DNA of 64,000 nt, from NCBI GenBank assembly GCA_951406725.2, contig OX597815.1, positions 205,716,001 to 205,780,000 on the forward strand. The letters are read 5' to 3'. This DNA is from Octopus vulgaris (Eukaryota). Positions 39,170 through 52,902 of the stretch are shown one piece after another (position 1 is the stretch's first letter; each line of letters starts with the position of its first letter). The translations under genes were made by a program, and so were the position numbers. The notes beneath the pieces were generated by a model. It was given only the letters and a program-made list of their open reading frames with translations, searched no databases and was not told where the DNA came from.

Positions 39170-39610
39170 GAGATCCAGTATCTTGAATCCATCCATCTAT
39201 CCATCTTCTCTACCTACTATTCCTGGGAGGATTCTGGAGGTCAAGTCCTTGAGCATCTCCCCCATAAGGTCCTATCAGAAGCAACAGTCAGACTTTCCAG
39301 CTGGATTCCAGAGCACAACCAATTAAGGCCATCTTGTTCTTGGTCTGCCACCAATTGGCTAGGCTTGAAGAATTTGTTTTGCAAGGCTTCCTTGTAACAT
39401 TCTAATCACATAACTGTAATAACCAGAGCTGTGACCTCTCAATGCAGAGAAGTAGTGGCTTGACCTTGGGAGAATATGTGATCTCCAAGCTATGCAACCT
39501 ATCAAATAATAATATTACAGAAATCCTTCAGCAGAACCCCATTTCAGCCACTTGTCTTCACAAGCACATCCTTTCAGTCATAACTTACCATTCATGACCA
39601 TAAATGAGGA
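39170..39610 (-). mobile_element. RTE-clade LINE ORF C-terminal remnant
   Basis: Degraded AEMG(F)L..I-type frame; homologous to 40820-41310. Confidence 0.6.
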
Positions 39611-39816
39611 AATTAGACTTTATTTCTCCATCACTTGATACATTTAACCATCTCATTAAACTGCATTTTTGTCATTGCACAATATTCCCATAATTCACAA
39701 TCCCATTATTCACTAATTTCAATAGATTTTACACTTATATAATTATATTTTACAATTCTTGTTTCAATGCATTTGAAATGAGTACCATAGATGATATTTG
39801 TAAAAGAAATACTCAC

Positions 39817-39884
39817 CTGTGAAATTAATTTTCCCATACAAATCTTGTATTTGAGGAGCAAGTCCAAGCTTAAATAAATATAAA
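39817..39884 (-). CDS. IQGAP: IQGAP internal exon, 68 nt
   Basis: ttccag|TTTATAT...TTCACAG|gtgagt; encodes (S)LYLFKLGLAPQIQDLYGKINFT(E), nearly identical to IQGAP1 SLYLFKLGLAPQIQDLYGKVDFT. Confidence 0.97.
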
Positions 39885-40819
39885 CTGGAAAGAAAGAAAA
39901 GAAACATGTAAATAGGTAAGGTGTAAACACACAGACAGAATAAAGAGGTTAATGTTAAGGACATCCAGCTATAGAAACTATGCCAAAGCAGACACTGGAG
40001 CTTGGTGCAACCCTCTGACTTGTTAGTTTCTGTCAAACCATCCGACCCATGCCATCATGGAAATCAGATGCTAAATGCTGATATACATACACACATATAC
40101 AATGCAATGCACATAAGCATACAATGTATTCATATGTATACATATGTATACATATGTATACATATAGACACTCTCCAAACATATGTAGCATATGCATGTA
40201 CACATTATATACACACACACACACATGCAATATACACTCACAGACACACCCTGTGTGAATGTGTACACAATCTGCATACAAAGCCTGATTGTTAATATTC
40301 CAAGTTTGCCACGTGATATGCCTTTGCTCGATTTTAAAATGAAACAATTGTTCTTTTTATTAAGAGAACAGACCACAAGATTAGTTGAGTGAACCAATCT
40401 TTTAAGTGGGAGTTTGTGATTGTAATTGTGCATGCACAAGTGTGTGTACAATCACACATGTATATACTGGCATCAGAGAGATTTCAAACTCAGTTCTTAA
40501 TTACTGACCAATTATCCTCACACTTTTATGCATGGCTTTGGAAACTAGGCTGATTTTATATGAATTGTGGCTACACACATAACAAGATCTACCTCCTAAT
40601 GAATAAATTATTCTAAACTGCAAGTGGTACTTATTAGTTTTATTGATCTGAGGAATACTTTATTACAAGGCACAGGTGATGTAATATGATGTGAACAGAA
40701 GGAAAAACAGAAAGGAAGGATGCATGCTGGTTGTAAATTTCAAAGTTCCAGCTGTGTAGGCAAGTCAGACATTTCTTCCAGTCACCTAAATAAAGTGAAA
40801 GTGTAATAATCATGCTAAA

Positions 40820-41310
40820 ATTCCCATCCATCCTGCCATCTTCTCTGCTCACTATTCCTGAGAGGGACTGGGGTAGCGTCCTCAGGCACTTCCTCCATAA
40901 AGTCCTATCAGAAGCAATTGTCATTAGGGTTTTCACATGGATTCCCAAGCATGCCTATCTTCACTTATGGTTATGAATGTTGGATAATGACAAAGAATAA
41001 GCTAACAAATACATAAGTGGCTGAAATGGGGTTCCTGCAAAGGATCTCTAGGGTAATGTTACTTAACAGGGTGTGTATCTTGGAGATCAGGGAGTCTCAC
41101 CAGGTTAAGCTACTACCTCTCTACATTGAGGTTAAAGTTCCAGTACCATGGACAAAAGATTAGAATGTTGCAAGAAAGGTCCACTGAACAGATTCTTCAA
41201 GCCAACTGGCAGGGGCCCTAAGGGTAAACCAAGAACAACATGATTGGATAATATCCAGAGTCTCAGTTGGTCATGCTGGAAAGTCTAAAGACAGTTTCTA
41301 ACAAATGCTA
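40820..41310 (+). mobile_element. RTE-clade LINE remnant, partly inverted
   Basis: Plus frame YGYECWIMT...VAEMGFLQRISRVMLLNRV typical of RTE; 40820-40950 is the terminal part in the opposite orientation. Confidence 0.62.
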
Positions 41311-41767
41311 AAATGTTACAAAAATTGTTTATCAGAGTATTTCTCTGAATACTCTTCAGCACAGGACTAAAAGCTATAACACCTAAAAGTTCCACATCAA
41401 CCAACAGAAAACTTCCAAGCAGCAATGCATTTGCAATATCTTACGAAAAGCATGAATAGGTTGGAGGAGTCTGCTGCTAAATGAGTAGCATTATTAAAAA
41501 GCGTCATCTAAAATGACTGTATAAATTGTTCTAGAATTCCAAAGTAGTTGTGTTCTACAAAAAAATAAATAAATAAAACCCCATAAAACTAAGAGATAAG
41601 AGAATTGTTTCGAAATGCTAAGATAATTTAAAAACAATCAAGCTGTTATACAGAAAAATTGTTAACTCCCCGAGCTAAGAGAAGAAAGCCCTTGAAAGAG
41701 TCTTCTGGAGGTCTGTGTATTTCACAGCGACAATGCATTTACAACTGTGTCTGAGTTCTAATTACAT

Positions 41768-42005
41768 AATACCCATTTCTTTATTGCCCACAAGGGGCTA
41801 AACACAGAGGAAACAAACAAGGACAGACATAGGTATTAAGTCGATTACATCGACCCCAGTTCGTAACTAGTACTTAATTTATCGACCCTGAAAGGATGAA
41901 AGGCAAAGTCGACCTCAGCAGAATTTGAACTCACAATGTAACGCAGACGAAATACCGCTAAGCATTTCGCCCGGCGTGCTAACGATTCTGCCAGCTCTCC
42001 ACCTT
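41768..42005 (-). mobile_element. SINE family C copy
   Basis: Full-length match. Confidence 0.85.
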
Positions 42006-42067
42006 TAAATTACATGATACCAGTTTCAGTCCATTCTCACCGCATGCCCCCCCCCCGCCCCATCCCC

Positions 42068-42400
42068 AGGTAAGTGTCTTCTACTAATAGTCCTGGGTTG
42101 ACCAAAGCCTTGCGAGTATATTTGGTGACTGGAAACTGAAAGGAGCCTGATGTGTATATATACATATGTGTATGTACTTGTCTTGACATTGCTTGATAGT
42201 TATAAATGAGTGTCACCACCATACAAGCAGTGCCCTTCATTTCCAATCTCCCATGGAAATATGTCTAACCAAGGGAAATATTACCTTGCTTGGAAACAGG
42301 AGAGAGTTGGTCACAGGAATGACAACTGGCTGTAAACAATCTGTCCCAAAGAATTCTACCTGACCCATGCAAGCATGAAAAGTGGATGTTAAAACAATAA
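42068..42400 (+). mobile_element. Old SINE combining the family A central part with a family B-like tail
   Basis: aagtgtcttctac...ggaaactgaaag (family A core) followed by ...gacccatgcaagcatgaaaagtggatgttaaa (family B-like 3' end). Confidence 0.6.
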
Positions 42401-43252
42401 CTGAAGGATCCAATTTATAATAAGCACAATTCAAATGCTTGGCCTCACCAAACAAAATCAAATCACTATTAACAACTGGAATCAAGGTAACAGCTGTCTA
42501 TATGTGCACACGTGTGTGTGGTTTATGTGCTTAAAGCAAATTTGGGAAAATATAAATTAAGATATATTGGCATTTTAACAGAGTCTACCTTTAAATATCT
42601 TTTAAAGTAGCAACTAAAAAAACATTCCAGCCTTAGCATATGGGCAATACTGGCAGTGATGAAACGAGTTAAATTTAATACATCAAGGTTCAGGTCTTTA
42701 CTTATAAGTTACATATGATATTTTTGTAAACTAAAACAAATTAGCACTGAACTCTTGCCAATAGGAGTGAGAGTTCAAATATTTTAAGGCATGATGAGTT
42801 TGGCAAAATATTAAGAAAAATACTTTGGGAATTCACATTTTCAACCAACTGGGAAAATTTTCAAAATTAAAGAAATAAAGACAAACTCTTCTGGCAACAA
42901 AAGATTTCTCTTTGTATGCTAGACATGTTTCACGAATTCATGTATCAAGATTATGATAAGTGTGAAAATGGAGCCTACAGAGGCTGGAGAGATGTGGTTT
43001 TCATAAGACCTGTTGGATGTACATTATCAACTTGCAAAAACAAGTAGGGTGCAAGAGAAAGAGACTGAATGTTAAAGGCATCAACTAGCATATGCAAGAG
43101 CAGTTGCTACACTGATGTGGGGGGTGGGGGGAGGTATTGTGCTGACAGCAGAAGGCACCAAGCTAAAAGAAGACCAAAGAAAATAAAGGAAAAATTGGTG
43201 AGGCTTGATCAAGATGTTGGGCCTCAGACAAGTACACTGACCCCCAATACTT

Positions 43253-43500
43253 TCATCATCATCATCGTTTAACGTCCGTTCTCCATGGGGATCTGGGAAG
43301 CCAGAAGGCTGCACCAGGCTCCGGTCTTATCTGGCAATGTTTCTACAGCTGGATGACCTTCCTAACGCCAACCACTCTGTGAGTGTAGTGGGTGCTTTTT
43401 ATGTGCCACCTGCACAGGTGCCAGGGGGGTCCGGCATCGGCCACAATCGGTTGGAGCTTTTAACGTGCCACAGCACGGAAGCCAGCCAAGGCGGTGCTGC
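43253..43500 (-). mobile_element. Family B copy
   Basis: Same 3' end, with a small internal deletion. Confidence 0.78.
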
Positions 43501-44005
43501 TGCTTATTTTATTTCACCTAGAATGATGAAAATTGGCCTTAGCAATATTTCAACTCAGAATGTAAGGACTGTAACTAAGTAACCCTAAAGTATTTTGCAC
43601 AACACGAACAAACCTGCTGGCCTACTTCCCTCTACATAAAAAATGTATCACACTAGCAATATTTATGCCATTACAAAATGTATACTATTTTACTGATTTC
43701 CTTTTAACCCGTCCATCCATCTCTATCACACACACATTCTGTTCAGTGAGTGTATCAATGGACAAGTTAATATGACAGAAGAATATTTAAAAGCAGTAAA
43801 AAATGGCTTTTAAAAAAGTGATTAGTGAGCATTTTAAATGGTAAAAAAAATGACTACCCTGTTATATTTCAATCTATTTCAACTTTAATTTCTTTGCCAA
43901 TATGGTTAATCAAATATTTAAGCCTAGTAAAATTAGCTGATCAGTAATTTGTTTAGATTAATATTTTATGAGTATCACTCTAATTGGCTTAATGGAAATA
44001 TCAAC

Positions 44006-44236
44006 AAAATTTTTTTTTATTATAAGTTTTTAAAATTTTTTTTTATTATAAGTTTAAAAAATTTTTTTTTATAAGTTTTTAAAATTTTTTTTTATTATAA
44101 GTTTAAAAAATTTTTTTTTATTATAAGTTTTTTAAATTTTTTTTTATTATAAGTTTTTAAAATTTTTTTTTTATTATAAGTTTTTTAATTTTTTTTTTAT
44201 TATAAGTTTTTTAAATTTTTTTTTATTACGATAAGT
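44006..44236. repeat. AT-rich minisatellite, about 9 units of 24-28 bp
   Basis: (A)n(T)nATTATAAG(T)n repeated with variable homopolymer lengths. Confidence 0.9.
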
Positions 44237-45407
44237 TACAATGACAATGCTATAATGGGAAAGTAAAAAAAAAACTGCAGTTCATTGTGTACTGCTTATA
44301 AGAATTTGAAAGACTTCTTTTAAAGTCTTTCAAGAGAACAAAGAGATCACTCGCTTGGTTTATGATAATCATTTCTTTAAGAGATGCTCTTTGATTTATT
44401 CTATCTCACTGTTACTATGGCTGGAAAAATTTTTGAAAATTTACATATGAATTGCTAAAGTAAATATCATTATCAGAAGAATGTACTTTTAAATAAGTAT
44501 TATCATGAAGAAATATGCTTAATTCAGTTATCTAAGACGAGTAGAAGAAAGAGCTTTAGAGAACATTCCATAATCTCCTTGCAAACAATGTAACCATGTC
44601 TTCATCATATCATTAATGCATCAATGGTGAGATCATCAGTCAGAGAGTGAAATTAATTTTGTTGTTGTTATGTTAAACTGTCGTATGTCCAAATTTGGCC
44701 AAATGCGTTTTTTTTCAATATTTATTCTTGCTTGCAATAGCTGTTTCTTTTAGCCAAACTATCGTATCTCCAGCTGCTTCAGATGCCAAGATATCAAAAA
44801 TTGTCAAAGTGTAGTACAACGGTTTTGCTATGGAATGGTGAAATTAATTTTTCATTCACTGAAAAGCACGTTTCGGACTTACAACACTTTTGCATAATAG
44901 CAATGATTTATATTTACATGGTTTTGATAAGGGTTTTGATCAACTTGAGCTGTTTTTGTTTTTACATATATACATCTTAGACATACAGTGTGATAGTTTA
45001 ACCTTTCCTAGAAAGTTAATATTCTTCATTCGATGTAAAATATAACATGACCAGTTTTTGGTACATTTGTCTGTATCAAGAAGTTTTATATCTAACCTCG
45101 TGTGACTGATATCCTTATACTGTGTAAGTCACAATATTCTATCATTTTCACACTGACTGAAGACAGATACAATTCTTGAAACAGAACATTCTATAGCAGA
45201 AAGTTTACAAGGTAAGATCAATAATATTTCCTTTATATCATATATCAGAAGTTGACGCTTTTGGTCTATTCTTTCACTGTATAGACTTCCTGCCATAGTC
45301 CAAAACCATAATTTACAGGAACATTTTCTGAGAATTTTCAGAGAAAAATATGTAAGATTAATCATGATGTAACCTGTGGATTACATACAAGTCTTGTGGC
45401 CTAGTGT

Positions 45408-45438
<31 letters not shown>

Positions 45439-46199
45439 AACACAAGATTTGAATATAACCAGAAAATAAACCAAATAAAAATGCAAACAGATACCAAAAG
45501 ATAAAACAATTTCTAACATTTTAGCAATAAGCATTTTATTTATAATATTATCAAACTGTATTTTGACTATTATTAGTTTACAATTTTATTTTTTCCTCTT
45601 TCGTCTATCAAACATGACATATCTATGAATAATTTTTAAATTATCATCTTGTGTCACTTTTTGAAGTCTAAAAATAATAAAAAAAAAAGTATCCAGAATA
45701 ATTTATGATATGCAATCTTGTATTTTTATCAATTTGAAAACGGAAGATTATCTCAGAATAAATAAATATCATCAACATCATTTAACTTCCTATGTTCCAA
45801 GGTGGTGTGTGTTGGATGGTTTGACAGGATCTGATGAGCCCAAGGACGATGATATTATGTTCCACTGCCTACTCTGGCCTAGTTTCTATAGCTGAATGCC
45901 CTTCCAATGTGCTGGGTGCTTTTTTCATGCCACCAGTCCTGGTGAGATCACCATGCAGCTTGCAAGACTATGACCTCCAAGAGAGGCTGCTTTATGAAGG
46001 AGATGCGAGGGAGCCAGAGCAGAACAGGCTTCTTGCTGTAGTGGGGTTACAAAGCTATTCATATTTTAGAAGAGATGTTGGGGGTGTGATCAGCAAGCAA
46101 AGATTAAGGTGGATGACATTTTTGGGAATGATCTTCGCCAACTGGCAAAGACTCAATCCACCATCTCGCCTACTACTGTAGAAGAAATGGTTGGATGTC

Positions 46200-47250
46200 A
46201 TCTCTGAGAGATAGAACATCCTATAGGCTCCACACAGATGGCCGTGTGAAGCCTCTCAAGAATTCCTCCGGCAGGCATCACCTGCGTTAGGCTATAAAAT
46301 AGCCTAGGCAGGTAATACTGCTGCAAAAGGAAGAAGTTTTGTTGGAACTTCAGTGAAACCCGACATATCCTATCAACACACTATGACACTTGCTTCACTG
46401 TGTTTTTCCTGTCTAGAGGCAAAACCAAATTCATCCATGGGTCAATCTGGAGCCCTAAGTAGGAAACTGTCCCCCGGTTCGACACTTCAGTAGGACTCGT
46501 TCAATCATCGGCGGTGTGCCCATATTGACCACAAAGGACATGCCCCAGCTTTTGATGGTGAACCAGCTGCACTTCAAGATGTTAACAGCCAGTCCCACCA
46601 TATGGTAGAATATCATGCAGCTATCAATTAGCTTCTGCAGTCCACCATACGATCTCAGACCAGCACCAAATCATCTGCGTACACCAAACCCACCACCACT
46701 ACCCCATCAAAATGCAAACCATAGTCACTGGGCAAAATATCCAGCAATGGATCAGTCGCAATGTTGAACAGGATAGGTGAGAGTGCATCCTCCTGTTGGA
46801 CACCCCCGCTTTATATCTATGGGGTCACTCACTGTACCTCTGGCCGAGAATCTGGTAGTGCAACCTTCATAGAGTCCTTTCATGTGCGTGACTAAATGCT
46901 CGTGGTAACCAAGTCTTCTCAGGCCTGCAAACACAAGTGAATGTGAAACTGTATAGAAGACCTTGGCCAGATCTACAAAGGCCACTTCCAACCACTGGAT
47001 CCTTGACTGTGCCGGCTTCCCTATTGCTCTTTCTGCCAGTTGGTGCAGGAGAAGTGAATTCTCATTGCAACCATCTGCTTTAATGAATCTGCACTGGTGT
47101 TAATTCCTTTTGAATAGGCATTACTGTGATGGCTTTGTGCCATAAATACAGCTATTATACCAGCCATCAAAACAACATCTCTCCATAGAATGTGGTTGAC
47201 CAAGTAAGTAACTTTTCCCGGTTGATTCTTCACCCTTGGTAAGATTTGTT
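46200..47250 (-). pseudogene. Non-LTR retrotransposon reverse transcriptase fossil (R2/RLE-like)
   Basis: Frameshifted motifs VAFVDLAKVFYTVSH, IKRG..QQ.DALSPILFN, GLVYADDLVL, GLAVNILKC and SYLGLQIDP. Confidence 0.8.
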
Positions 47251-47635
47251 AAGATCCCAGAAAGTATCTGAGAGCCCTGAAGTTTTACAGTCTGGTATAC
47301 TTTAGTCACCACTATCATTACAAATATACTGACAGTTCCATATAAAATATATACTCTCTCTCTCTCTGTCTGTCTGTCCAATTCAAACTGCAGTTTATCA
47401 GCAGCATCGTTTTTTAAATTGTTGAAGAGTGCCAGCACTCATATTCCCATACTCTTCTCCAGTACTCTCAAGATATGTTCTTGCACAAGGTTTCCCAATT
47501 AAAACCACTTGTACTCTCATTTTTCAAGCAAATTTCTAGCTAACTACTCTTTTCATTAGACTTATCCTGCCTAGAATTCCATCTAGTTTCAAATTATAAT
47601 AGTTGCCAGCTAAGTATTTTGTTTTAGATATCTAA

Positions 47636-48039
47636 AGGCACAGGAGTGGCTGTGTGATAAGTAGCTTGCTAACCAACCACATGGTTCTGGGTTCAGTCCC
47701 ACTGCGTGGCACCTTGGGCAAGTGTCTTCTGCTATAGCCCCGGGCCGACCAATGCCTTGTGAGTGGATTTGGTAGACGGAAACTGAAAGAAGCCTGTCGT
47801 ATATATGTATATATATGTGTATGTGTGTTTGTGTGTCTGTGTTTCTCTCCCTAGCATTGCTTGACAACCGATGCTGGTGTGTTTACGTCCCCGTCACTTA
47901 GCAGTTTGGCAAAAGAGACTGATAGAATAAGTACTGGGCTTACAAAGAATAAGTCCCGGGGTCGATTTCCTCGACTAAAGGCGGTGCTCCAGCATGGCCG
48001 CAGTCAAATGACTGAAACAGGTAAAAGAGTAAAAGAGTA
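47636..48039 (+). mobile_element. SINE family A copy
   Basis: Full-length match. Confidence 0.9.
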
Positions 48040-49599
48040 GTCTTATTTCCTTGAAATACAATGCTTTTCCATTTTCATTGTTACCTGTTTGCACCAACCT
48101 CCAAATCCAATTTGGCTATGAAGTTGTATTTTATGATTTATTATACCTACTCATCATTTGTTATCTATCCAAAACTGTCTCTCTTACATGTTTGAGCGAG
48201 AGAGAGAGAGAGAGAGAGATGAACAAGGAGAAATAGAGAAAGACAGGTACACATATCTTACATACGTTTAGCCAACAGACCTCAACATCTGACTACCAAT
48301 GCACAGTACATCTCAAGTCTCCTATATTGTTACAACATTGTTACATCACCAGCTGTAATCTTTATTGTTCCCGAAGCCAGCATTCACATCAATCACTTTA
48401 CAGGATATATAAATTATGCAGAAGCATGATGCATGTACTTACATGTGCATATCTGCATGTAAGCTGAGTATCAAAACAAATTTACAGACAACTACTAAAA
48501 TGATTTATTTTTCATTTCCATCATTAAGAACATCTGCTCGTTACTGACAATTATTAGAAAGCTGATAAGATGAAAAAAAAAAAAAGAATCTCATTTGCTT
48601 CTCGTCATCATACTGTTGAAAGCATTAGTAAGCAAATGCAAAACCTTATCTTCTAGTATCAATTCATATTTTTCAATGAAAAGCAATTTACATTACATTT
48701 TAAAGTTTCCAACTCTTTTCCCATTTCATTTTGCTTGGCATGTTTTAAATTTTTTGCTTTTATTTCTATCTTTAAAAACTTCCATTAAAGAAAATTATCT
48801 TAATGACAATTTTGGTGATAATGCTGCTGCTGCTGCTGCTAAAGTATCTGGAATCTACAGCTAATGATCTGTGTGCCACTCAAGGATTAGAATTAAAATA
48901 CTGTTCGTTTATAGAAGGTATCAAGCATGTTTTATCACAGGTATAGAAAACAATAGCTAGAGTGCATGAAAATAAGTGTCTTTTTAGTTTCTTTTTGAAA
49001 GCGTAAGTTATTAGAATATCTCAAAGTCTTAGCAGAAGTATAGAAAAAGAAAAAAAGAAAACGAATTTAATTGCTCAAAATAACTAAATGGATGAGAAGC
49101 TTAATTACATTAAAAGATAAATTGTATCAACAATGTTCATATATTTTCTCACTAGGCTCCATTTACTTCCAATAACGAATAAGACACTTACAAGAAATAA
49201 ACGGTTCTTGATAATTATTGGCTGAATTGGTTTTGAAGCTGCTCAAAAAATATGGCAACACCCTTGCAACTATGTTCAAGCACTATGTGTGTGTGTGTGT
49301 TAATTAGTAGGTGCCCATCTGTTTTTACCACTCTTAGATTAATAATTAGGGACAATTGGATGAAAATAGAACATTTAACTTGATTTGTTGCAGATTAGAA
49401 GTAGAAGTTAGAGGGAAAATGCAGAGCATTTCAAGGAAATATGGTCTCAGGAAATAGGCTTGGTGTAAGATTGGAGAGGTGAAACAATAAGGTAGCAATA
49501 AAAAACAAGCCAAGTACATCTACCGAGATGGTATCTTCAGAAATTCAGGGGTTGGTAGACTAGTGACAAAGATACAACTTCAATCAATGAATTGTATGT

Positions 49600-49998
49600 T
49601 ACTCTTGCTCTCTTTTACTCTTTTACTTGTTTCAGTCATTTGACTGCGGCCATGCTGGAGCACCGCCTTTAGTCGAGCAACTCGACCCCGGGATTTATTC
49701 TTTTGTAAGCCCAGTACTTATTCTATCAGTCTCTTTTGCTGAACCGCTAAGTAATGGGGCCATAAACACACCAGCATCAGTTGTCAAGCAATGCTAGGGA
49801 GACAAACGCACATAATATATATATATATACACACATATATACGACAGGCTTCTTTCAGTTTCCGTCTACCAAATCCACTCACAAGGCATTGGTCGGCACG
49901 AGGCTATAGTAGAAGACACTTGCCCAAGGTGCCACGCAGTGGGACTGAACCCAGAACCATGTGGTTTGTAAGCAAGCTACTTACCACACAGCCACTCC
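49600..49998 (-). mobile_element. SINE family A copy
   Basis: Near full-length match. Confidence 0.9.
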
Positions 49999-50320
49999 TT
50001 AATGAAAAAGGTAGGTAACAATTTTCAAGGAAGCAATCTAGAAGGAATGTAAACCCCATCCAAGCTGTAAGAGCAGTAATTAATCACCAAGTTTGTATGT
50101 ACCTTGTAAAAGGTAAATATCATGTATTTCTGGGTCTAAAAAGATATAGCCTATACCTATGCAATTGGGAGCTTCTTAAGAGTGGGGAGTGTGAAGACAA
50201 TGTCAGAAATGCTGGTATGTATTACAGAAAACAAACACAGTACAACCAACACTTATACAAGCAAATGCCTTGTTTTCATACATAGTATATCTTTGTGAAT
50301 AGAAACCAAAGCAAAACAAA

Positions 50321-50927
50321 ATTAAGTCGATTACATCGACCCCAGTGCGTAACTGGTACTTAATTTAATGACCCCGAAAGGATGAAAGGCAAAGTCGACC
50401 TCGGCGGAATTTGAACTCAGAACGTAGCTGCAGACGAAATACCTATTTCTTTACTACCCACAAGGGGCTAAACACAGAGAGGACAAACAAGAACAGACAA
50501 AGAGATTAAGTCGATTACATCGACCTCAGTGCGTAACTGGTACTTAATTTAACGACCCTGAAAGGATGAAAGGCAAAGTCGACCTCGGCGGAATTTGGAC
50601 TCAGAACGTAGCTGCAGACGAAATACCTATTTCTTTATTGCCCACAAGGGGCTAAACACAGAGAGGACAAACAAGAACAGACAAAGAGATTAAGTCGATT
50701 ACATCGACCCCCAGTGCGTAACTGGTACTTAATTTAACGACCCCGAAAGGATGAAAGGCAAAGTCGACCTCGGCGGAATTTGAACTCAGAACGTAGCGAC
50801 AGACGAAATACGGCTATGCATTTCGCCTGGCGTGCTAACGTTTCTGCCAGCCCACCGCCTTTTTGCAGACGAAATACTGCTCAGCATTTCGCCCGGCGTG
50901 CTAACGTTTCTGCCAATTCGCCGCCCT
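50321..50927 (-). mobile_element. Tandem array of SINE family C (three 184-bp units plus a duplicated head)
   Basis: ATTAAGTCGATTACATCGAC at 50321, 50505 and 50689; head segments at about 50800-50860 and 50865-50927. Confidence 0.9.
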
Positions 50928-51819
50928 TGATTAGCTTCAAATTCTGTGTTGGGATTCCATCAGTGACTGAAACCCACTTTAACTGTTCACAGTAGCTCTT
51001 TAAAATCTGCAAATACTTGACTGAATTAAGCAGATCAAGCTGCATATTATAAACACATTCCTGGAAGTTAATTTGATTGTTAAATCACCGGTGCACTAAA
51101 AAAATGTTTTTGTTCCACTGCTATTATGTACTAAAGAACATACCTATAGATTTTAGCCAATACTGTATGCAAGAGATACGATATACTCTACAGTGCGTAA
51201 TAACAGTAAAATGGAACAGTTGACACATTAATAATTTATTAATGTAGAAAAATATTAATGCTTCCTTGAAGTGTTGTCACTCTTCAACAGGAGTTCACCA
51301 TTAAATAGTCTATGCAGAATGCTTCATGGCATTCTTCAATGGAAAATGTTAAGCAAGTGGTTAGAGACACTATGTGAATGGTGCATACATGTTGAATGAT
51401 AATCATGTAGGGGGAAATTCATCAGCATAGAAATAGATATGGTATGGTATGTAACGAGAGGAACGGTTACTGATATGAAAGAAGAAAAGGGGTCAGGCAT
51501 ATAATTGAATCTCGAGAGAATCTGACTCCTTCACAACAACAGCGATTTGGAAGAAGAAGTAACTGAAATGATGAAGCCAATAATTTGGTAATTTTGCCAG
51601 GTGATAGTCATGAACCAAAATAATTTCAACAAGATTGTACTGATCGAGGAATGATTCTCAAATGAAGTGAATGAGATTCAAGGAATATTTACTTACAAGT
51701 TCATTAAAAATGATAATCCCTAACCACTTGAAAGTAGAGAGGGGGGGAGCAGAGAGTGAAAGAAAGAGACACACACACTGAAAGACAAAAAAAGGTGAGA
51801 GACAAATTGTGTGCGTGCG

Positions 51820-52235
<416 letters not shown>

Positions 52236-52902
52236 TCAACCCAGCAATGATGAAAATAACTGCATTGAAATTGATTTGGTTCTGTTAGTTTTGAGGGGAT
52301 CATACTGTTTATTACAATTAACAAAACAGTGTAAAGAGAAAAAAACAAAAAGGAATATATTTGCATACGAGTGTAGGCAAGCCTTTGTATGAACGTGCAC
52401 TCATTGCACTGGTAAGAACAAGTGGAGTGTAAAGACGTGTAGACTGTTTTGGCTTCAGCTGCAAGGATTACTGCTAATAGAATTGGGTTGAAAAATTGTG
52501 GGGAAGACAATTTGGCAAAATTGGTAAAAACTGTTTTGGCCAAAAGCCAAAAGGCTTAACTGAAATTAGGAAACTGAGAACCTATAAGCTATAATTATAA
52601 AAAGATAACTTTCACACCATTCATAGCTCTGGTGCAAGAGTTTATTCAGTTCTATTAAAAAAAACCCAATAAAAACAAACACAACACATACTTCGGTTTG
52701 ATAAAATCATGAATTATGGCTATTTCTACATTCTGTACTAACGCATTGTCTTTTACATGTGAAAAACACAAAAGAGACAATAAAACTTTTGTTTACTGAG
52801 ATTGCTTTCCAGTTTTTAAAAATTAATTTTTGAACTGTTTATTTCAAAAATAAGTGTCAAGATAGAGTTTAGTAAACTTCAGTTCAAATGAAATAAATAT
52901 TG

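Noticed and set aside
44550-44930. Possible very old mariner/Tc1 5' fragment (a similar hint lies near 51180-51620)
   Set aside because: Only faint motif resemblance, with no paired TIRs or diagnostic transposase motif.
50321-50860. CRISPR-like or gene-array appearance of regularly spaced repeats (also 15241-15485 and 30064-30191)
   Set aside because: Whole units are repeated with no unique spacers, the context is eukaryotic and there are no cas genes.
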